64,000 nucleotides of DNA from Selaginella moellendorffii. Taxonomy: Eukaryota; Plantae; Lycopodiophyta. Of this stretch, positions 59,030 through 64,000 are shown piece after piece. The position numbers and the translations under genes are program-made. The stretch is from NCBI RefSeq assembly GCF_000143415.4, contig NW_003314272.1, forward strand, positions 1,150,184 to 1,214,183, in the 5' to 3' direction. Under the pieces are notes generated by a model. It was given only the letters and a program-made list of their open reading frames with translations, searched no databases and was not told the DNA's origin. Position 1 is the first letter of the stretch. Each line of letters starts with the position of its first letter.

Positions 59030-60305
59030 AAAAGGATCCGTCTCGACCTTGCTGTAGATGGTGTTCTTTGATGAATTAAGGGCCGGAAGCGTGAGCGACG
59101 CATGACGCCATCACCACGTATGCAAACCATGGTCGGCTTGAGGATGCGAAAAGTTTCTTCGACGCCATGCCGGAGATTTCGTGGAACGCATGTAGAGCAT
59201 TTTCTTGGCGAGTGAAATACCGTGGCAAATTTGGTAACGTGGAATACCATGTTTGCAGGGTATCCCGCGGCCGGTCAAATTCATAGCGCAAAACATTGCT
59301 TTGATTCGAACAAGATACCGTTTCATGGACGATGCCCAAGCCGGAAATTCCATAGCTGCGAGGTAACATCAGACATAATCTCTTGGAACTCTTTTCTAGC
59401 TTCGTTGCGCTGCTTGGAAACATGCCGTGTGTTCCATGCAATGCCATGGCGTGACGCGGTTTCATGGAACACACTCTTGGCAGGCTATGCCGAGCTCCAA
59501 TCAAGCAAAAGGTGTTTACACGTCTATGCTATGCTCAAGAAGTATGGGTCTTCTACGCGAGGCAAAGGAGCTCTTTGATTCCGTGCCTGGTGTGGTTCTA
59601 ACGCTGGCAAATGCGATGCTTGTGGCGTTTGCTGGCAATGGGAGGTTCGAGCAGGCGATAAGCTTCTTCCACGCACTTCCACGTCGGGACTTTCTTCTTG
59701 CGGCTTGTGGCTTACGGCTCGAGCGGCAGCGTGGAAGATGTGAAATAGTTGTTTGATCGTCGCATGCCCGAGTGGAGCGATTGTTCATGGGTTTCAGTGA
59801 TGTCTTCTGATGCCCAAGATGGATTGCTCGACGAAGCAAGAGAAATATTGGACAGAAATGCAGTGCCTATGGAACACGATGCTAAGATGGTTACGGCCAG
59901 AAAGAGGGAATGCCGCCATAAGCAGGACACCTTTGTTGCTTCACTCTTACGGCCGCTGTGGTTTTCCTCGCTCCAAGCAAACGCCGTGTTTGATCGAATG
60001 CCGTCGCGAGATAGAGTGTCGTGGAACGCTCTCCTGTTTCGAGAGGCGATCTCCAACCGGCATGGATATTGCTGGAGAGAATGCCGGAAAAGAAGAGTGT
60101 GACATTCGCGTGTGCTTCGTCCCTGGACGCCGGGTGAAGCTCCACGCCTTGCAAACTTAAGGATTCAAGCCGGACCACGCCTTTCGTCTCGCTTCTCCCA
60201 AGCTTTATAGCCGCCGTGGCGACTGATCACGGCCTGGAAGCGAACAAGCAAGCTGCAAATCGAGTTCTTGAGTTGGATCTTACCAAGGCTTCACCGTATG
60301 TGATT
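59030..60305 (+). pseudogene. PPR pseudogene
   Basis: Frame-broken motifs LVTWNTMFAGY, AVSWNTLLAGY and VFDRMPSRDRVSWNALL, with an E-like tail VLELDLTKASPYV. Confidence 0.75.
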
Positions 60306-60485
60306 TGACCTCTCGAAAAACGAAACCAACGAGGATTTGTTATAATGGACACGGGTGTTCCATTTCTAGATTGACATACACTCTATACAAGAGCTACACA
60401 CACAAACCATAGCTCATTACCACAGTCTTGGGACTTCTCGCAGCTCTAAAAGATCTCTCTCCTAAAACCTTGGAAGAACTCGATC

Positions 60486-60914
60486 TCACTTCCAGAGAAA
60501 CGCGCCAATCGCGTAGTCCCGCTTGTCACGGAGAGCTCCGGTGATGAGCGCCGAGAGACCATACTCCTCGAACAAGCGGTCGAGCTGCCACTCGGGCATG
60601 GCCTCGTACTCGGCCTTGGTGTACCTCGGGTAGTGGAGTGGCATCTGGAACACGTACGGCACCGCGGGGTTCTTGGCCACAGCCGAGTACGGACACTTCG
60701 CCGCTGGAAGAATGGTGGTGAAAGCCGCTGCCGACGACGCCATCTCTTTCCCTCGCTCCTCCTCCTCGAAAAGATGGAACAATCTATCGGTGGTGGCGAG
60801 CTCGGACTCCTGCTCCTTGGGCTTCTTGTCGATCCAGCCCAGCACTTGGCGGAGAGTCGGGAGGCGGGGAGAAGCGCGATGATGATGGTGATGATCCTCG
60901 GGGTTGATAGGCAT
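60486..60914 (-). CDS. FxMPLHYPR-family protein, intact copy B'
   Basis: KCPYSAVAKNPAVPYVFQMPLHYPRYTKAEYEAMPEWQLDRLFEEYGL…KRDYAIGAFLWK. Confidence 0.8.
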   Translation of the reverse strand: MPINPEDHHHHHRASPRLPTLRQVLGWIDKKPKEQESELATTDRLFHLFEEEERGKEMASSAAAFTTILPAAKCPYSAVAKNPAVPYVFQMPLHYPRYTKAEYEAMPEWQLDRLFEEYGLSALITGALRDKRDYAIGAFLWK

Positions 60915-61694
60915 TTGGGCGAGATGGCAGTTATATGATTCTCGCGCGGGGAGAGAGGAGAATCAAATCTGGGAATGAGAAGCGACGATCCCTGCGAATG
61001 CAAATGGGGCGAGCCGGGCCGGAGAGAGGGCCAAAAGATTTTATACAAGTCTTGGGCTTGTATGGCGCTCGTGAGGGAATGGCGGCCACTCCCGGACGAA
61101 CACTTGGGTATTCCCGGGCATGGATTTTGCAAGCGGTGGTGTTTCATGTGAGAGCCGGGATTGGTTGGTTGCGAGTTGATCTTTCACGATCGATCGAGCC
61201 AAAACCACGCGATGGCTTTGGAGGGACTCGCGACGATCTTATATTCAATCGATAGACGGATCGAATTTCCCCTCTCATGGTTGGGAATTTTGGAGCCTCA
61301 ACCAGCGCCAGGCGCGGCCGCGATTGGCTATCATTTGAGCTCATGTGATCCAAGCCCGGCCGGGATCTCTCTCTCGCGACAAAAAGCATGACTTGGTCCT
61401 TTCCGCGCAGAGATTATATCATTGTTTCTGGATTGCGTGAATGATAGCCGAGAAGCTATCATCATCCACGACGAAATTTTCCAAGAATTTTAGAAATGCG
61501 TGAGGTAGTAGTCTAGTAGAAGAATAGTGGCTTCCTAAATTGGGGACACAGGAGGCAATGATTCTCCCTGCATTCGCGCGTAACTCCCATGCTTTTATGC
61601 CCGCGCAGTGATATGGTCCTGGATCTAGCAGAGAATATTCTATAGCATCTTTCCGATTTAAACCCCACTGCCCCGCGCACTGTCAGATCCAGGT

Positions 61695-62141
61695 ATGGTG
61701 ATGCTGCTGGGCTCCGAGAGCGCTGGAGGAGGAGGATCGCCGCCCGAGGGCTTCCATCTCCGGCGACCGTCCTTCTCCGCGAGGCTGAGGCAGATCGTTC
61801 GATGCGGCGGGAGCTCTCCTACTAGCTCTGCTTCTCTCAATGGATCGCCATCGCCATCGCCATCGTCTCACCCGGCAAATTTGCACAAGGATCGGGAGTT
61901 GAACAGGGCGACGAAGGAGCGGTGCCCCTACTCGGCGATCTCGCTCCACAATCCATCGGTGCCATACGAGTTCCGGATGCCGCTTCACTACCCGAGGTAC
62001 ACCAAGGCAGAGTACGAGCAGATGCCCGAGTGGCTGCTGGATCGGCTGCTCGAGGAGTATGGGCTGCCCGCGCGGAGCATGGGAGGCCTGGAAGCCAAGC
62101 GCCAGTATGCAATTGGGGCTTTCATCTGGTCCCTGGATTGA
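61695..62141 (+). CDS. FxMPLHYPR-family protein, copy A'
   Basis: Near-identical to 42370-42822. Confidence 0.8.
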   Translation: MVMLLGSESAGGGGSPPEGFHLRRPSFSARLRQIVRCGGSSPTSSASLNGSPSPSPSSHPANLHKDRELNRATKERCPYSAISLHNPSVPYEFRMPLHYPRYTKAEYEQMPEWLLDRLLEEYGLPARSMGGLEAKRQYAIGAFIWSLD

Positions 62142-62502
62142 CCGGAATCGATGTCTCTGTCTTTCCCTGTTGAAATTTGTATCGATTCCTTCCACCTCAA
62201 GGTGGAGAATTATGTGATTAAAGGCCGACATCGCTCAAGACTCCACTCCACTTGCAAGACTAGTATCTATATCACTTGGAAAAATTTCATAGATTAGAAA
62301 GTAGAGTACATCAAAGACCACTGTTTCAATCAAACTCATGATTTTCCAATAGAGAATGCAATTTTCACGTATCTAATACCTTTCAAGGATCCGTTGCTGC
62401 AAGCAATTGGAAGAAGAAGCCATGATTCCAAGCACTTACTTTGCCAGAAGCCCTCTTTCTGCTTTTAGGGTTTATGGATTTTTCCCGCTCTAGGGTTTTG
62501 AA

Positions 62503-62940
62503 ATGCAGGGATGCGTCCTCAGCGAGGAGCAGCGAGCACGGAGCCTAGGCGCTGCCAAGGCGCGACTGGCTAGGAAATCCATCGGCGCTGGCGCGCATTT
62601 GAATAAGAGGTATCGATTTTGTTAGCTTTTGCTCTCGAAAATGTGATGAGAGATCGCCTTGACAGGAAGGAGGTGTGCGGGGTAAGGCCGCCTCTCGTGG
62701 TTGTGAATGTGAAAGGTGCTGTGTGCGGGGGGAAAGCAGAACTATCCACTGTTGGTCCCCATACTTCATTGGAGGACCTCGACGATTTTGATGATGACGC
62801 TTTCGAGGGGATTGATAGGCTTTGAGGAAGGAGGACGCTCGCGATGGAGGTTCTGGTTCATGTCAACGTATCTCCGGAAGCTCAATGTGTCCCAAAGGGA
62901 TGCAGCGGTGAGCGACATTCTTCTGATTGTTGCCGGGCCA
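62503..62940 (+). pseudogene. SRS2: SRS2 5' fragment
   Basis: MQGCVLSEEQRAR…, [14 protein letters not shown] and [14 protein letters not shown]…LIVAGP, after which homology ends. Confidence 0.85.
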
Positions 62941-64000
62941 CTATTTGAGAAGCTCGCGGATTTAGAAGTAGCTCCAGCAGCCATGGATTGCCTCTTTTAG
63001 GTTGACTGGTATTGTAATCACATCAATGATGTTTGGCTACTCTGACTCTGGAAAGGACGTGGGGAGATTATGTTTTGCTTAGAAACTGTTCCAGATGCAG
63101 GAAAAATATAAGAAGTTTCATCAAGGCCTTTCTAATGTAATTCCCTTGGATGATTGGAGGTGCCATCATCCAAATCATTGATTTTTTTCTTCTCCTTAGT
63201 CACTTCTTCCCACAGGTGGACAGACAAACTTATGGTAGCCAAGAGCAAGATGAGAACACGTGAGAAAGCAATGTGTACTTATCCAGATTCTTGAGTGTAG
63301 TTAAGGTTACAGGGTGATGCTGCTGGCTAGTGGTGGATGCCAGGCACAAGTCAGATCTGTCACTAGGCCAAATTGCAAGGCAAAGTAGAATCAGTTAGAT
63401 GGGTTTGCTAGGGTGGCTGCTGTCAATGGCCAATACATCATTGGAGTATGCTCTATGACCAATATAAAATTAATTTTCAATTATAATCCTGCTGAAGGAG
63501 GTGAAGTTTGCTCTCTTCCTCTTTGTGATTGTGCAAGAATGACTCATTGTTTTACAGAGAAAAGAGGAGTATAGCAATTTTATTTTATTTATTTGGAAGC
63601 TCGTATTGTCATGAGAGCTATCTTAATCTTTCTAGTGTGTAAGTGGAGATTCACAAGATGTTATCATGAGATAGGGGGTGTTGGATTAAATGGTATGTTG
63701 GATTGGTTGTTAAAATATGGCTTGACTGGTATGTTTTAAGTTTTAAACTTAGATCTCAACTCATATTTTTATAGGTGGAGTTTATGAATCTGGAATGCCA
63801 ACTACTGCATAAGAAGTGCCAAGAAGAGGAGAAAGGATGTAAATTTCTCATATGAACTTAGCAGAGTCGACTTTTGAAATTTCATTAAAGGAGTCTTTGG
63901 AAGTTTATAACCCATACATCTGGTAAATGATCCTTTTTTCCTTTTCCTATTTTTCTTTCTTTGTATTCTTCTTTTTGTGATAGAGTTTTCTTCTGCTGGT

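Larger units (their letters stand above)
58720..62940. repeat. Inverted duplication, right arm
   Basis: Reverse-complement match to 41560-44200. Confidence 0.85.

Noticed and set aside
62950-64000. AT-rich tail, possibly a transposon or LTR
   Set aside because: No terminal repeats or domain relics that I can support within the window.

Overview
Gene-dense land-plant genomic DNA with ~50-70 bp GT-AG introns and very short intergenic gaps. The gene content (single-DUF26 CRK, SS-type PPRs, PHD/chromo-containing MOM1, a probable flagellar protein) suggests a lycophyte such as Selaginella; this is an inference. The first ~35 kb is single-copy: a frameshifted CRK under a W-box cluster, a cysteine-synthase-like gene, an EF-hand repeat protein, a Pol III-type U3 snoRNA, a truncated intronless PRP31 copy, a Pol V largest subunit (NRPE1-like), an RMA/RNF5-type RING ligase, MOM1, NFRKB, two PPRs and ICME. 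The rest is a rearranged accessory region. It holds a direct segmental duplication (Ole e 1 gene pair plus SRS2) with reciprocal pseudogenisation, an inverted duplication of a three-gene cluster of small FxMPLHYPR-family proteins, an orphan gene, a long (TA)n tract, PPR pseudogenes and a decayed Ty3/gypsy remnant. Three highlights stand out. MOM1 carries an intron-split N-terminal CW zinc finger. The Argonaute-hook CTD of the Pol V subunit is built from symmetric phase-1 exon cassettes. NRPE1, MOM1 and NFRKB lie together within 18 kb. All calls come from reading the sequence by eye; no searches were run.
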